This document shows, piece by piece, positions 48,466 through 62,763 of a stretch of DNA of 64,000 nucleotides. Both the position numbers and the translations under genes were made by a program. Position 1 is the stretch's first letter, and each line of letters starts with the position of its first letter. The notes below the pieces were generated by a model, which was not told the origin of the DNA, did no database searches, and saw only the letters and a list, made by a program, of their open reading frames with translations. Origin of the DNA: Octopus vulgaris (Eukaryota); the NCBI GenBank assembly GCA_951406725.2, contig OX597822.1, forward strand, positions 59,644,001 through 59,708,000. The letters are read 5' to 3'.

Positions 48466-51400
48466 AGCAGCAACAGCAAAAGAAAAAAGCAGCAGCAACA
48501 ACAATGAAAACTTTTACGTCAACGATAGCAATAGCAATTTCTTTAACATGAACTCAAGGTTAGAACTGCAGGGATAGAGATCAATCGATTATATCGACTC
48601 CAATAATTGACTGGTATTTAATTTTATAGACGAAAGAAGGATGAAAGATAAAGCTGCTCTCAGCGAGTTTATATTAAGAAAGTAAAGAGATCGAGCAAAT
48701 ACTGCAAAGCATTTTATCCGATGCTCTACGGATTCTACCAATCCACCACCCTAGCAATGTTAATAACATAGGCACAGGGCCTGAAATATCAATTTGGTGC
48801 AGTACGCTATTATATCAGCCCTGACAAGATGAAAGGCAAATTTCTCTCTCTGCGGGATTTTAACTCAGGTAGTAAACTGCAAGGCATTTTGGGCAACACA
48901 TCTTAATAGCAACAACGATGACAAAAACACTTTAACTTTTTATATTGTCAGAAGGGATCAAGACCTGTACACGAGTGGTGCGTATTTCTTCAGTTCTAGA
49001 ATTGGGTGATATAAAATCTGAACATTGAAGAATGATAGTGAATAATACACGCCTAGTATTTCGGAACTTTCTTCCATTATCTTCAAGATTTAAAGGACGA
49101 AGCCATTACGTACTTCACATCATCAAAGGCTACAGACAAACAATCTATACTACAAAGTAAAGGGTATATAAACATCTGATGGAGGATATTCCATTTCTCT
49201 AATATATTGCTAAGTCACTCAATCTCCAGTATTACATGTACAACATATGCAATTACCAAGTCATATCTACAGCAGCCAAGAACACTGCTATAGTATCATC
49301 CATTGAAAATTGTCTCTTACACTCAATCAAAATGTCAACAACACCCGTAAACATTGCTACAACTCTATTCTTCATACAATATCCTTCGCACTCAATCCAG
49401 ACACATCTATTGCACTATGAACACTATTACAACAGTGGTTCATATAATAATTTTGTTAAAATTTATATGCAATAAATTGCTTATACATCTACAATACACA
49501 AAATATTTTGACACTTTTTGATACAATTCCTAATGATATTTAACATTAAAAATAACAATGGCGGTCGAGTAGAGTAAAATCGGAATCAAAGGGATCCATA
49601 GGATAAATCTGGTTGAGAACCACTGTGTTACAACATGCTTCTTAGTAAACATTGCTTTGATTCAAGTCAGGAGCATATGCAACATCTATGAACATTATAA
49701 CCGCACCATCCTTAGAAAATCATCACTTATACACTGTCTACATACATCTACAACATTCAGCAAAACTATATTATAACACCACCGTCTCTACGTGATCTCT
49801 CGACCTGCTAACAAAAGCAGCTATATCATTGTCTTCATTCATATCACATCCTACTGTCTTCAAAAATGGAAGGAAAACATCGAACATTGTCCAATATGTT
49901 AAGTGAGAGGATATTGTAGATGGTGTCTCTCAGTAATTTACTTTTTGAAATATGCTTTTTCTTTTTTTACATAAATACTTGTGGATAATATTGTTGCCTT
50001 AGTGAGTCTCTTACCACTATTTCGGCAAGTATGTTGTAGTTTATACCTCTCTGGGGATGTCTAACAGAAACGAAACAAGTCTTAAGCTACCTCGTACTTC
50101 TCTGAAATTAACATAAACATTTAGTCATTAAGCTAATGCCATCTTTTCTTCACTGTATAAGTATTCCTAACAACATAGTAAATTCTCACTTCATGTTAAC
50201 ATCAACTTAACTAGATGACGATGATGATGATAGTGATGGTGGTAGTTGTGAGGGCTATGCTCAATCATAGCTGCCTATGATTGAGCAGTCACATAGTACT
50301 TACGTACTTCTTTGAATGACTATATATGACCCACAGATCTGTTTTTTTATTGAGTTCACCATATCACTGCACTGTACCCTACAGTGTGAAACAATGAATC
50401 ATATAGGTACTATGTAATAGTCTGTACTGACAGCACGATCTCAGCTGTTCAGTTTAAGTCTGTAAAACCCGTCGATTCTGCGAGAAATACCAACCTGAAC
50501 GAGCGATGTGACATCTGCCTGAGTGTCACAGTTACTGTTCCCTAGAAATTAATTTTAGTAGAGTGAGTAAGGTGGCAAAGAGACGTAAAAAGAATAAGGT
50601 GGCAAACAGGCACGCTGGGGAAAATGCTTAGCGGTGTTTCGTCTGTCATTACGTTCCGAGTTCAAATTCCACCGAGGTCGACTTCGCCTTTCATCTGTCG
50701 GGTCCGATAAAATACGTACCAGTTGAGCACTCGGGTCGATGTAACCGACTTACCCCTCCCACCAAATTGCTAGCTGTATGCTAAAATTTGAAACCAGTGT
50801 TAGTAGAGTAAATAACGCGTCCAGCTGGCAGAATCGTTAGCACGCTGGACAACATGCTTAGCGACATTTCATCCATCCTTATGTTCTGAGTTCAAATTCC
50901 CACAAGGACGACTTTACATTCCCCCCCTTTCGAGATTGATAAAATGAGCCTCAAAATTGCTGGCTGTTTGACAAAATTTGAAACCAATATTAGTAAAGTT
51001 AATCTAATGAAATCATTCATGCTGCAGATATTTCTGTGTATATGTACGTTTTTGTATGCATGGGATAATTGGAAGAGATAGTCAGTTTATGATGTTTCTG
51101 TTGGAGAGTTCTGGAGTGTTGTATATGTGTCTGTATATTTGTAGAGGTATAGAAATTCTCGCACAATAAATGGGAAAATTAATGTGACTTCCGGTCTCCA
51201 GAAAAACATGATTTAATCAAACAAATAGAAAGCGATCGTCTGGCCAGAAGAATGGCCATTTCCTCAAAAGAATTTATATGGTGTGCATTAGTGTGTGTAT
51301 GTATGTATGTGTGTATGTATGTATGTATGTATGTATGTATGTATGTATGTATGTATGTATGCATACACGTATATATATTTTTCGGTGTTGCTTATTAACT

Positions 51401-52136
51401 GATCAGGAGTGTTTGGCCCATGAGACCTACAGAGAAATAATGAGAAAGAGGGTAGCTTATAGATATTATTTAGCAACACTTTGAGCAATCGTCGTTGAAT
51501 TGGTTCATTTGCATACAAGTACATCCTTTTTTTTTATTTATTGTTATTAAACGAGTATGTAGACGTCTCAGCGTTTAAATAAACTCTGTTGTTTAAACCA
51601 CAGGGCTTTCACTGTAGCTCAAAATGAAGGAAAATTTGGACTAAGTAATCATTATTTACAGAAAATATTAACAAAGAATACTGTAATGCAAAACAAAGCT
51701 TGATAACTGTTACTAAGCTTTATTCAACTTTATTGTATAATTACGGTTGAGATCTGTTCAGTTTCAGAAGTTACCAACGTAAGCCGTATAACAGAATATA
51801 ATGGCACCGCATGAGATATGGTCGCCCAGACCACCTCTGCTTGTTAGGAAAACCCACACACTAATTAACATACGCTAATTAACAGTAACATGATATTCTT
51901 CTTTGATAGTAAAGAAAATATTTTGCAATATATTGTAGGATTACTCAAACCCATATCAACTGAAAGGTTTTGATATACGACTGGATCTTTTTGCTGTTTC
52001 ATTTTCCACACTATGACATATCATATCTTTTTTGCTGTAGTCTTTTACAAGAGTATAACTGAAATTCAGTCACAATTCGAAATATCGTTCAACCAATAAA
52101 ATATCTATTGCAATCGCATCGCGCTCTTCCAGTTGT

Positions 52137-52189
<53 letters not shown>

Positions 52190-52235
52190 AAGAAGAAGAA
52201 GAAGAAGAAGAAGAAGAAGAAGAAGAAGAAGATAA

Positions 52236-52890
52236 ATGAGCTAAAGCAACCATGGAAAGAGGAAACCTAGTTAAGAGTAGCAACATCACAGTAGGTAAAG
52301 CAAATGAAATAAGAGAATTAGACCAAAACCAGACATACAAATACTTAGGAATCAATGAACTAGATACGCTGAAAGACATGATAAAAAAGGAATACTATAG
52401 ACGAGTTAGATTAATACTGAAAACAGAGCTCAATGTGAAAAATAAGATAACAGGTGTCAACACACTAGCGGTCCCAATTATAGGTTACAGCTACAATATT
52501 CTTAACTGGACTCTAAATGAACTAATCAAAGTAGACAGGAAAACAAGAAAAATAATGATATGATTTAGGATGCACCACCCAAAATCTGACATAGAAAGGC
52601 TATATATACAAAGTATCGAGGTTAGTAGAAGCCTTATACAGCTAGAAAACTATTACAAAATAAGCGTCATAGGACTACAGAAATACCTACTTCAAAAGCA
52701 AGGGAAATAAATATAAATAGCCACAAAACATGACCAAAACAAAAAAAAACTGTTTTCACTCTATAAGGAAGCTGACAAATACAAAAATGAAGTCATAGTA
52801 CCTAACAACTATGAAGAAAAAGAAGAAACAGCAAAAGTTGTAAAACAACTGAAATCTAAACTAAAACTGGAACAGTAACTGACCATGAGA
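52236..52890 (+). pseudogene. Degraded R4/Dong fragment (plus RLE piece ~53180-53360)
   Basis: QTYKYLGINE..KEYYRRVRLILKTELN..LAVPII.YSYNILNW; LLWNF..NRPDII. Adjacent to (TAA)n/(GAA)n. Confidence 0.8.
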
Positions 52891-53115
52891 AAACGAGCGG
52901 GATAGGTTGCTCAACTTGAAGAAAATTCTAACTGGTCCCCACCTGGAAGGTAATGTGCTGTTTATCTCGATATGAGATCACTATGTGCGCACATATATTG
53001 TTGTGATGCATGAGCCTTGTGTAACTTTTAGCAGGCGGATAATCATGATGGGTATATTGGGCTTCGTATATTTTACCGTAGTGTCACTTTGATGGCATGC
53101 GCTGCTCCTTCAGTC

Positions 53116-53178
<63 letters not shown>

Positions 53179-53477
53179 TGGCGGGAACACAAACTACCGC
53201 CAGCGCTTGAAAATGATCACATCTCACTTCTCTGGAACTTCAGCGTTCAACCTGACAGAAGGATAAATGCGAATAGGCCAGACATTATATTGAAGGACTT
53301 CAGACAAAAATCATGACTCCTCATTGATATGACTGTCCCAGTCGACATAAATGTATTGTCCCGATAGAATGAAAGGTAAAGTGGACTTCGGCGGAATTTG
53401 AACTCAGAACGTAAAGACGGGTGGCATGTCGATAAGAATTTTACCCGGCGTGCTAAGGGTTCTGCCAGCTCACCGCT

Positions 53478-53538
<61 letters not shown>

Positions 53539-53599
53539 CAATAACAACAATAACAACAACAACAACAACAACAATAATAATAATAACAACAACAACAAT

Positions 53600-54950
53600 A
53601 ATAAATGCTCTGATGCAGTACAAAGCAGTTGCTGTCATAGCTTCTGAACTTAAATGATTGGAAGTGTTATCATATTCATGGTGTGCCTTGGCATAAAAGA
53701 TGGTCTACAGCAAATATTCTGTTCAGTACCACAGATTTGCTTGTCAGTTGTTTGACCATCACCAGTTGAGCACGTTCCTTAGTGGCTGACGATATGTGCA
53801 TCTCTGATCACGAGCAGAAGTAGTGGGGGAGCACCATAGCCATCCGTTGAGAGAAATTCTCTAGAGTTTGAATAACTCACCTCTGGAAACATTGGTGCTT
53901 CATTCATCATCCTTAAACAACCCTTATTCAGGGATCTTTTGCGTGTGAATCGGCTACTCGACCTGAAGGTCATGCGCTTTTTAACTTGATATGAGATCAC
54001 CATGCTGCGCACATACGATTGTGATCTATGTACTTGATGTACTCTTATCAGATGTGAAGTCATGATGGATATATTGGGCTTCGTAAATTTGTACCCCAGT
54101 GTCACATTGACAGCATGTGCTGCTCCCTCACTCAATAATAATAATAATAAATAATCCTTTCTACTACAGGCACAAGGCCTGAAATTTTGGGAGAGGGGTT
54201 TACATCGACCCCAGTGCGTAACTAGTACTTATTCGATTGACACGGAAAGAAGGAAAAACAAAGTCGAACTTGGTGGAATTTAAAACCCAGAACGTAAGGA
54301 CGGACGAAATACCGTTCAGTAATTTGTCCGGGGAGCTAACGATTCTGCCACCTCAACGCCTTATAATTATTATTATTAGTATTATTATCATTTTTATTAT
54401 TATTATCATCATCATCATTATTCTTATTATTGAGTGAGAGAGCAGTGCATGCCATCAAAGTGACACTGGGGTAAAATATACGAAGCCTAATATACCCATC
54501 ATGACTACCCGTCTGATAAGGGTACACCAGGCACATGCAACACAACCATATGTGCGCGACATGGTGATCTCATATCAAGATAAACAGCACATGACCTTGC
54601 AGGTGGGGCCCAGTTAGAAATTTCTTCAGGTTGAGTAGCCCATCCCGCTCAAAAGGTCCTTGAATAAGGGTTGTTTAAGGATGTTGAAAGAACCACCCAT
54701 GTTTCCAGAGGTGAATTATTCAAACCCCAAAGAATCCCTCTCAACACATGGCTATGATGCTCCCCCACTACTTCTGCTCGTGATCAGAGATGCACATATC
54801 GTCAGCCACTAAAGGACATGCTCAACTGCTTAAGGTCAAACAACTGACAAGCAAATCTGTGGTATTGAGCAGAATATTTGCTGTAGCCCATCTTTTATAC
54901 CAAGACATAACAATGTACATGATAACACTTCCAATCGGTTCAGATCAGAA
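53600..54950. mobile_element. Two inverted copies (53600-54135 and 54430-54950) of a ~520-bp non-coding repeat associated with (TAA)n; partial third copy 52895-53116
   Basis: cttagtggctgacgatatgtgcatctctgatcacgagcagaag versus its reverse complement at 54770-54812. Confidence 0.75.
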
Positions 54951-55006
<56 letters not shown>

Positions 55007-55281
55007 CATTAATAATAATAATAATAATAATGATAATAATAATAATAATTCTTTCTACTATAGGCACAAGGCCTGAAATTTGAGGAAATGAGCTTGTTGA
55101 TTTCATCGACCCCTGATAATTATTTGATCGACCACGAAAGTCGACCCCGGCGGAATTTGAACTCAGAACGTAGCGGTAGAAGAAATACCGCTAAGCATTT
55201 CGCCCGGCGTAGTAACGACTCTGCCAGCGCGCCGACTTATAAGTTAATGATAATAATATCAATAACAACAACAACAACAGC

Positions 55282-55315
<34 letters not shown>

Positions 55316-55357
55316 GTATCATTATCATTAATTATAATAATAATAACAGCAATAATG

Positions 55358-55405
<48 letters not shown>

Positions 55406-55406
55406 T

Positions 55407-55512
<106 letters not shown>

Positions 55513-55520
55513 TTTAATAC

Positions 55521-56005
55521 AGCCAATAAACCGGATATTGTTGTGAAAGACCAAAACAATAAAGTTTGCTTACTGATCGACATGAGCATCCCCTGTGATC
55601 ATAATATCTCGGCGAAAGAATTTGACAAGCTGAGAAAGTATAAAGACTTGCTCATTGAAATTGAGAAAATGTGGCATCTCAAGGCGGTTACAATACCAGT
55701 GATCGTAGGAGCACTAGGAATGATCAAGAAAGGAACCGAAAATTATATGAGAATGATCCCTGGCTTACCATCCCTGCAAGAAGTGCAAAAGATTGTCTTA
55801 ACTGGTACATCACACGTATTGAGAAGAGCATTGTCGATGTGAGAACTATTACTACCCATGTATTTTAATTTAACTTTATTTCTATCAAAAAAAATGTACG
55901 AACTCGTGAGTTTAGTTTAATGACCTACCAATGTATACTATGAGTTTCTTTGCCCTAGGAGTCGACAAGAAATGGAAGCAAATTTGAAAGAAGAAGAAAA
56001 ACCCA
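55521..56005 (+). mobile_element. Short 3' fragment of the R4/Dong element, closely related to 30940-31436
   Basis: Translation identical to the end of ORF 31115-32593. (AAT)n on both sides. Confidence 0.9.
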
Positions 56006-56007
56006 TA

Positions 56008-56083
<76 letters not shown>

Positions 56084-56479
56084 GTTTCAGTTTTGTCACA
56101 AGGGCATCCATTTTGGGGGATGACTCGATTACATCGACACCAGTGTTTCACTGGTATTTAATTTATCAATCCCGAAATGATGAAAAGCAAAGTCGATTTC
56201 GGCGGAATTTGAACTCATAACTTAGCGACGGGCGAAATGCAGTTTAGCATTTCTTCCAGCGTGCTAACGATTCTGCCAAATAATAAGCTCTAAGTTCAGC
56301 GTTCACCCTGTATTGCCTAAAGAAAATATTCTAATATTCTAATATAACGAGGAAATAATAAGTGTTGGAATCGTAACATTTAAGCTTAAAGTTTGTATTA
56401 TCATTATTATTTACAAAAAATTCCTTTATATATATTTTAATATATATATATATATATATATGGATAGAGAGAGAGAGAG

Positions 56480-57385
56480 ATTCAGATGAATATGGTACTT
56501 AAGTTGAGGCACCAGAATTTAGTACGGTATAATCCATACAATTTCAAAATATGATGATTAAAATCAAAAAGGATATCCAGAGGTAAAGCAGTACGAGCGT
56601 TTCATGCAACTCCATTTAAATGAACAAGGCAATCATTACATCAATGTAAAATGTAGAGCAATCTTCAGCTGCACAAAGACATAGAACTTAATTAAATTAG
56701 AACAGATGGACATATTAATATAATTATATCTAAAATCTCTAAGAAGTTAAGGAGATTAACAAAAGACATGTTGTACCTACAACAGCATAGCAGTATCTAA
56801 AAATTTCCAAGAAGACACTGCCTGTCACTGATTTTTTTTTATGGTGTCATTTTAAAATTTATAGACTAGTTTATCAAATCCCTTGTATATTTAAAGCTGA
56901 GAGAAACAGAAGGAAGTATCTATTTAGGGTAGGGTTGAAAGAGTATACAGGCATTCTAGATGGTATAGTCATAAAAATTAAGATTTATTAGAAGCAATGT
57001 CATGAGGTTTAGTAAGGGAAATCTTAAAACAAGTTATTAGCTGATAATTTAGGGGTACCCACTAGCAGACTATTGATAATGAAACAAGGGAAGTCTTATC
57101 ATGTAGCACTATAGTTAAATACTTTAAAACAATGTTGCTATATTGTATACAGTTAAAGTTTAGGGGTATTCAAAAGATAATTAAGACGAGTAGTGTAACA
57201 AAAGGATAGAAATTTAAGAATACTTTTGAGTATATATCAAACTTTTACGACAATGTATGTCTTTGTGCAGCTGAAGATTGCTCAACATTTTAAATTGATG
57301 TAATGATTACATTGTTCAGTTAAATGGAGTTGCATTAAACGATCATACTGCATTACCTCTGGATATCCTTGCTGCTTATTTTGAT
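56480..57385 (-). mobile_element. Degenerate Penelope-like relic with inverted terminal copy containing a hammerhead motif
   Basis: Inverted repeat ~56570-56683 / 57256-57370. GCAG-CUGAAGA..GAAACGCUCGUA-CUGC at 56588-56672. The spacer translates to decayed PLE-like C-terminal motifs. Confidence 0.6.
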
Positions 57386-58026
57386 ATATATATATATAGT
57401 GAGAGAGAGAGGGAGGGAGGGAGAGAGAGTAGATAGATAGAAATACAGACAGATAGATAGATATTTTCATGTATAGGTATATATATATATATATATATAT
57501 GCATATATGTATACGGATATATATATTAAACATTGGTCATAAAACAAGCACTAAAATGAGTTAACGACTTTATACACGGTATCAAACCTCCAACATACAT
57601 CATATACAAATAAATATTACCATGGTTTTCATAATATATAAATCAAAATATAAAATATATGAGACATACAAATATAGAAAACCACCAAAAGTAAAAAATA
57701 TACACATATATGCGAGGAAAACACGTATAGGAACGTCCCATCCAAAAACGACAAAAAATTTATAAAATACTTAAAATACTAAAAGTTTGCTGAAAAAGTT
57801 GAGAAATCGGGTAAACAAATAAAGAATCGACTAAAAAGATATTTTACTTCACTCACACCGAAAAGTAATAATCCATGAGTAAAATATTTCGAATAAAGAA
57901 ATACGTCCACACAGAATATACTAGTTCATGAGTAAGGTTTCCCAGATTTAACTAAACACATCGTCTATGGCTATTAGATTGCAAAAGATGCATATCACGG
58001 TAATGGGCCCCTCATCAATGAAGATA

Positions 58027-58491
<465 letters not shown>

Positions 58492-58496
58492 AGAGA

Positions 58497-58531
<35 letters not shown>

Positions 58532-58533
58532 AG

Positions 58534-58943
58534 AGAATGTAAATAAGTCACAAAGATGTACAGGTATCAATAGATTACGGCCATTTCAAGCGGCTAAATT
58601 TAATTGTTTAATGAAAGCATTACACCAAGTTGAAAGAAACCGCTCTCTTCAGATGACCATATATATTTCAGACATACAGGTTAAACTATTTTTTAACAAA
58701 TTTACATCAGTTACAGTTTATTTTCTAAACTCATTCTGCCATAGATATAACGTAAGGAAATAATTTAATTATTTTGGTTTCTATTGTTGGTGTAAATTTG
58801 TTAAAATTGGTTTATCCTTTATGTTTGGAGAGACCGGTTTCTTTCAAACTAATGTAATGTTTTCATTAATCAATTAAATGGAGCCGCTTCAAACGGCCGT
58901 AATATAGAGACACCTGTACATCTTTATTACTTATTTACATTCT
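58534..58943. repeat. ~120-bp diverged inverted repeat containing a hammerhead-like motif
   Basis: 58534-58652 / 58824-58943. CUGAAGA-GAGCGG..CCGCUU-GAAA-(U/C)GGCCG-UA. Confidence 0.7.
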
Positions 58944-59599
58944 ATTCACCTAACTTGGAATCTGCGCTTCGGAAATACTATAGAAAGTACCTTTATAAAA
59001 AATACATGTCTGAATTACCAAGAGCAGATATCTTTACTCAGCTGGGTTGCGTTGTCTGCACACAGGACAGGAATATCAGGTACAAATACCCCTAACCGGA
59101 GTCTTCATATTCAATATTCGAATAATATTGTTGGGCTGTAGCAATTCATATTCAATATTCAAATAATATTGTTCGGACTATAACGAACTAGAAGGGTGCG
59201 TCAATTTAAGTACTTAATTCAATAAATCTTAATTATATTTCACACACACACACATATGTATGTAGTTAAAATGTAGTTAAAATGGAGAGATAAATATGTG
59301 CATTTAATTTATTTGCATCATAGTTTGTTTTTAAGGTATAAATACAAATAAATGTCCCATTTAAAAAACACCATAGAAACCAAACGAAATGTATTTATAC
59401 AAACTATGATGCAATTAAATACACATATTTATCTCTCTATTTTCTTATATCATTACATTTAATTATTATAATCCATAACACAGAGAAAAAAAATTCTTCT
59501 AATGTGATGGAGATTAAACCAGTGAAATTTTGGATTTATTAATCCTTAATGAAGATAAGATATCCTTGAATTGACTGAATATATATATATATATATATA

Positions 59600-59973
59600 T
59601 TTCTACTCTAGGCATAAGGCCCGAAATTTTGGGGGAGGGGGCCAAACAACTAGATCGTCCCCAGTATGACCCCGAAAGGTTGAAAGAGAAAGTCGACCTC
59701 GGCGGAATTTGGACTCAGAACAAAAAGATAGACGAAATACTTATTTCTTTACTACCCACAAGGGGCTAAACACAGAGAGGACAAACAAGGACAGACAAAC
59801 GGATTAAGTCGATTATATCGATCCAGTGCGTAACTGGTACTTATTTAATCGACCCCGAAAGGATGAAAGGTAAAGTCGACCTCGGGGGAATTTGAACTCA
59901 GGACATTAGCGGCAGACGAAATACCGCTAAGCATTTCGCCCGGCGTGCTAACCATTCTGCTAGCTCGCCGCCT
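59600..59973 (-). mobile_element. SINE family A dimer
   Basis: Same junction as 18955-19538 and 41833-42248. Confidence 0.82.
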
Positions 59974-60013
59974 TTATTTATATTGATATTTATATTTACA
60001 TATATATATATAC

Positions 60014-60045
<32 letters not shown>

Positions 60046-60116
60046 ATATATATATATATATATACATATATACATATATATATATAGGTAGACAGACAGA
60101 CAGACAGACGACAAAC

Positions 60117-60195
<79 letters not shown>

Positions 60196-60289
60196 TATAA
60201 GGTATTCGAGCTAAACTTGACAGTTTGCATAAAAGGAAAAAAAAATATATCTTAATAAAATATAAGTCTTTTAAAAAGTAAAAAGATAT

Positions 60290-61082
60290 CAACTGGTTTA
60301 TGGCTAAGAGATAATAGTTTACTCAAAATAGCATCCTTCAGTTTCCATCACGGCCTCAAGATGGCTCCAGAATCCAGTGCATGCGTTCTAAATTGTGTTC
60401 TTGGAGAGATCTTTGAACACCTCCTTGATATTGATGGCCCGCTTGGTTTTGGCGTTGCAGGCAGAGCGGTTGATGTCTTTCTCAACCGCGCCCTCATATA
60501 GTAATCCATGGAACTACACTCGGAGAAATGAGGAGGTTAGAAATTGGGGTTCGTAAAATCGTCAATATTCTCCGACAATCATTTCTGATTCTTTGTGGAG
60601 TTATGACAACGAGCCAAATCATGTAGCTATTCATATGCCCTTCCATCAGTAATCCTCTCCAGCTAGGATTTGACCACTGTCTTCAGCAGCTTTACGTAGC
60701 CGTCTGAATTGAGATTAAAGATCTTTTCAAAGACATTGTGCAGTATGACGTCGACCTCACTAGAGACACACTAAAAGGCCATCTCAATTTGGAATTTGGG
60801 GAACTTACCTTTCATGATGTCCAGTTCACGTCTTACAGCTTTTACAGTGTTCATAGAGCATTGAAAAGCAATCTGGATGTCGGCATTTTGATACCCAGGG
60901 CGAATCATTGTGATACAAATAACTCTTTTCCAATATTTAGAAGTTTCCAGCTGCCTTTCTGCTCATTAGAAATTTAATCGTTATGCTTTCCAACGCCGTT
61001 AACTGTTCATCGATACAGCAAGTTTTTCCTGAAAAAGGGATACATAAAAAAAGCTTGAAATTTATCCCGCCCCCACCCTGTG
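60290..61082 (-). pseudogene. Degraded Tc1/mariner-superfamily transposon
   Basis: The minus strand near 60470-60550 resembles a decayed WPPxSPDxNPxDYY motif. The end ccccaccctgt is the reverse complement of a CAGGGTG-type TIR start. Confidence 0.5.
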
Positions 61083-61353
61083 TGAGTGTGTGTGTGTGTA
61101 TGTGTGTATGTGTATGTATTTCTCTCTTTCTTCCATGCAGTTTGCGTCTACTGACAAGGGAGGGATTGATTTGAAACAACGGAAAAGACACTTGCCCAAA
61201 GGTGTCACTGACAGAGATCGAACCCAAAATTACGAGATAAAATCCTCACTATTCGGTTACATGTATATTAAACTACGCCTCCATGCACAAATATTTGTGA
61301 ATGTGGATGCACGTATCCATAGATATGTGTGAGTGTATAGATACGTATCTATC

Positions 61354-61441
<88 letters not shown>

Positions 61442-62411
61442 AATCTGTGTGTATATATATATATACATATATATATATATACATATATATACGTATATAT
61501 ATATCCATGTATGTATTTATGTATGTGTGTGTGCGTGTGTATACATACAAACATATGTATTCATAGATACACACATACAGGCATATATTATATGTGTGTG
61601 TATTGCGTGTGTTTCTGAAAATTCATTTTGTTTTATCATGTTAGAAACACCATAAATTGCTAATCAGTAGGTTTTTAAACGAAATATTTAAAACTGGGAG
61701 TGATTTGGAAGGTGACCATGCAATTTAGTTAAGATCTATTTGTCATATCACGCCAATTATAAAACCGCTTTGCAAACAAGAGGTGTTTCTCCAAATCATC
61801 ATCATCATTGTTCGACCGTGGTCGAGACAATGGAATTTACCATGTTGCGCCAGACTTCACGGTCCATCATAGCATTACGGAGGTCCTGTTGCTGGATGCC
61901 TGTATCCCTGGAGATTACATCAGGGTAGGAGAGTGTGCGCCCTATGGTATTCTCCAAATACCATACCGTTGGCTAAACAATCATTCTTAACTCAGGAGAA
62001 CAAAGGATTTATTTGCTAAAATACTTAATTGCTATATTGTTGTATTTTGAAAAAGTAGCATTTTAAAAGCCTATAAGACTATAAAGCCTATAAGATTGTA
62101 CTTTGTCCATATTTCTTATTTTTGTTCTTTCCTTCGTTAAATATTTCGTTACATCACCACTATGACGTTTTCAATGAGTATAGATTTTCCAGATGGTGGG
62201 TGAGAGTTTTCAACTGATTTTCTGTTATTGTGTCAGATATCTATAGCAAGTGCGTAAATCGATGGCATATTAATTTCTTTTATCATTGGCAGCTTAGGAA
62301 CACGTGTGTATATATGATGTTGGCTTTAATTGGTTGTAGTCTCATTGCATCTTTATACTATTCGTTGTCATTGAATAGATACGAAGCGTCAAGACTCACT
62401 TCTTATATATA

Positions 62412-62546
62412 TATATAAGAATATTTTTGCGTAATAAGATAAAAAACCAAGGCTGTATAGATATTAGAGCATTTATAGATCTATAAATGCTCTAATAACT
62501 GTAGAGCCTTGGTTTTTTATCTTATTACGCAAAAAATTCTTATATA
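62412..62546. repeat. Loopless palindrome (~67-bp arms) centred on tagatcta, between (TA)n tracts
   Basis: tttttgcgtaataagataaaaaaccaaggc..ttagagcatttataga|tctataaatgctctaa..gccttggttttttatcttattacgcaaaaa. Confidence 0.88.
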
Positions 62547-62697
62547 CACGCGCTGACATAGCACCAAAGTTGAACCCTTCATTCGCAATATTACCGAATC
62601 TGGAACTTAACTATGGTCTGTCTATCTATAGTATTTATTCAGCATTACCTGACACCTTTGGGTCTCAATGACACCATTATCTCTTACATATATATAC

Positions 62698-62763
<66 letters not shown>

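Noticed and set aside
49050-49092. UUGAAGA..GGAA/UUCC-GAAA candidate on the minus strand
   Set aside because: Spacing and stems I/III are inconsistent; could be chance.
57925-58025. UGAUGA...GAAA hammerhead-like candidate on the minus strand
   Set aside because: Stem II closing pair and stem III do not form convincingly.
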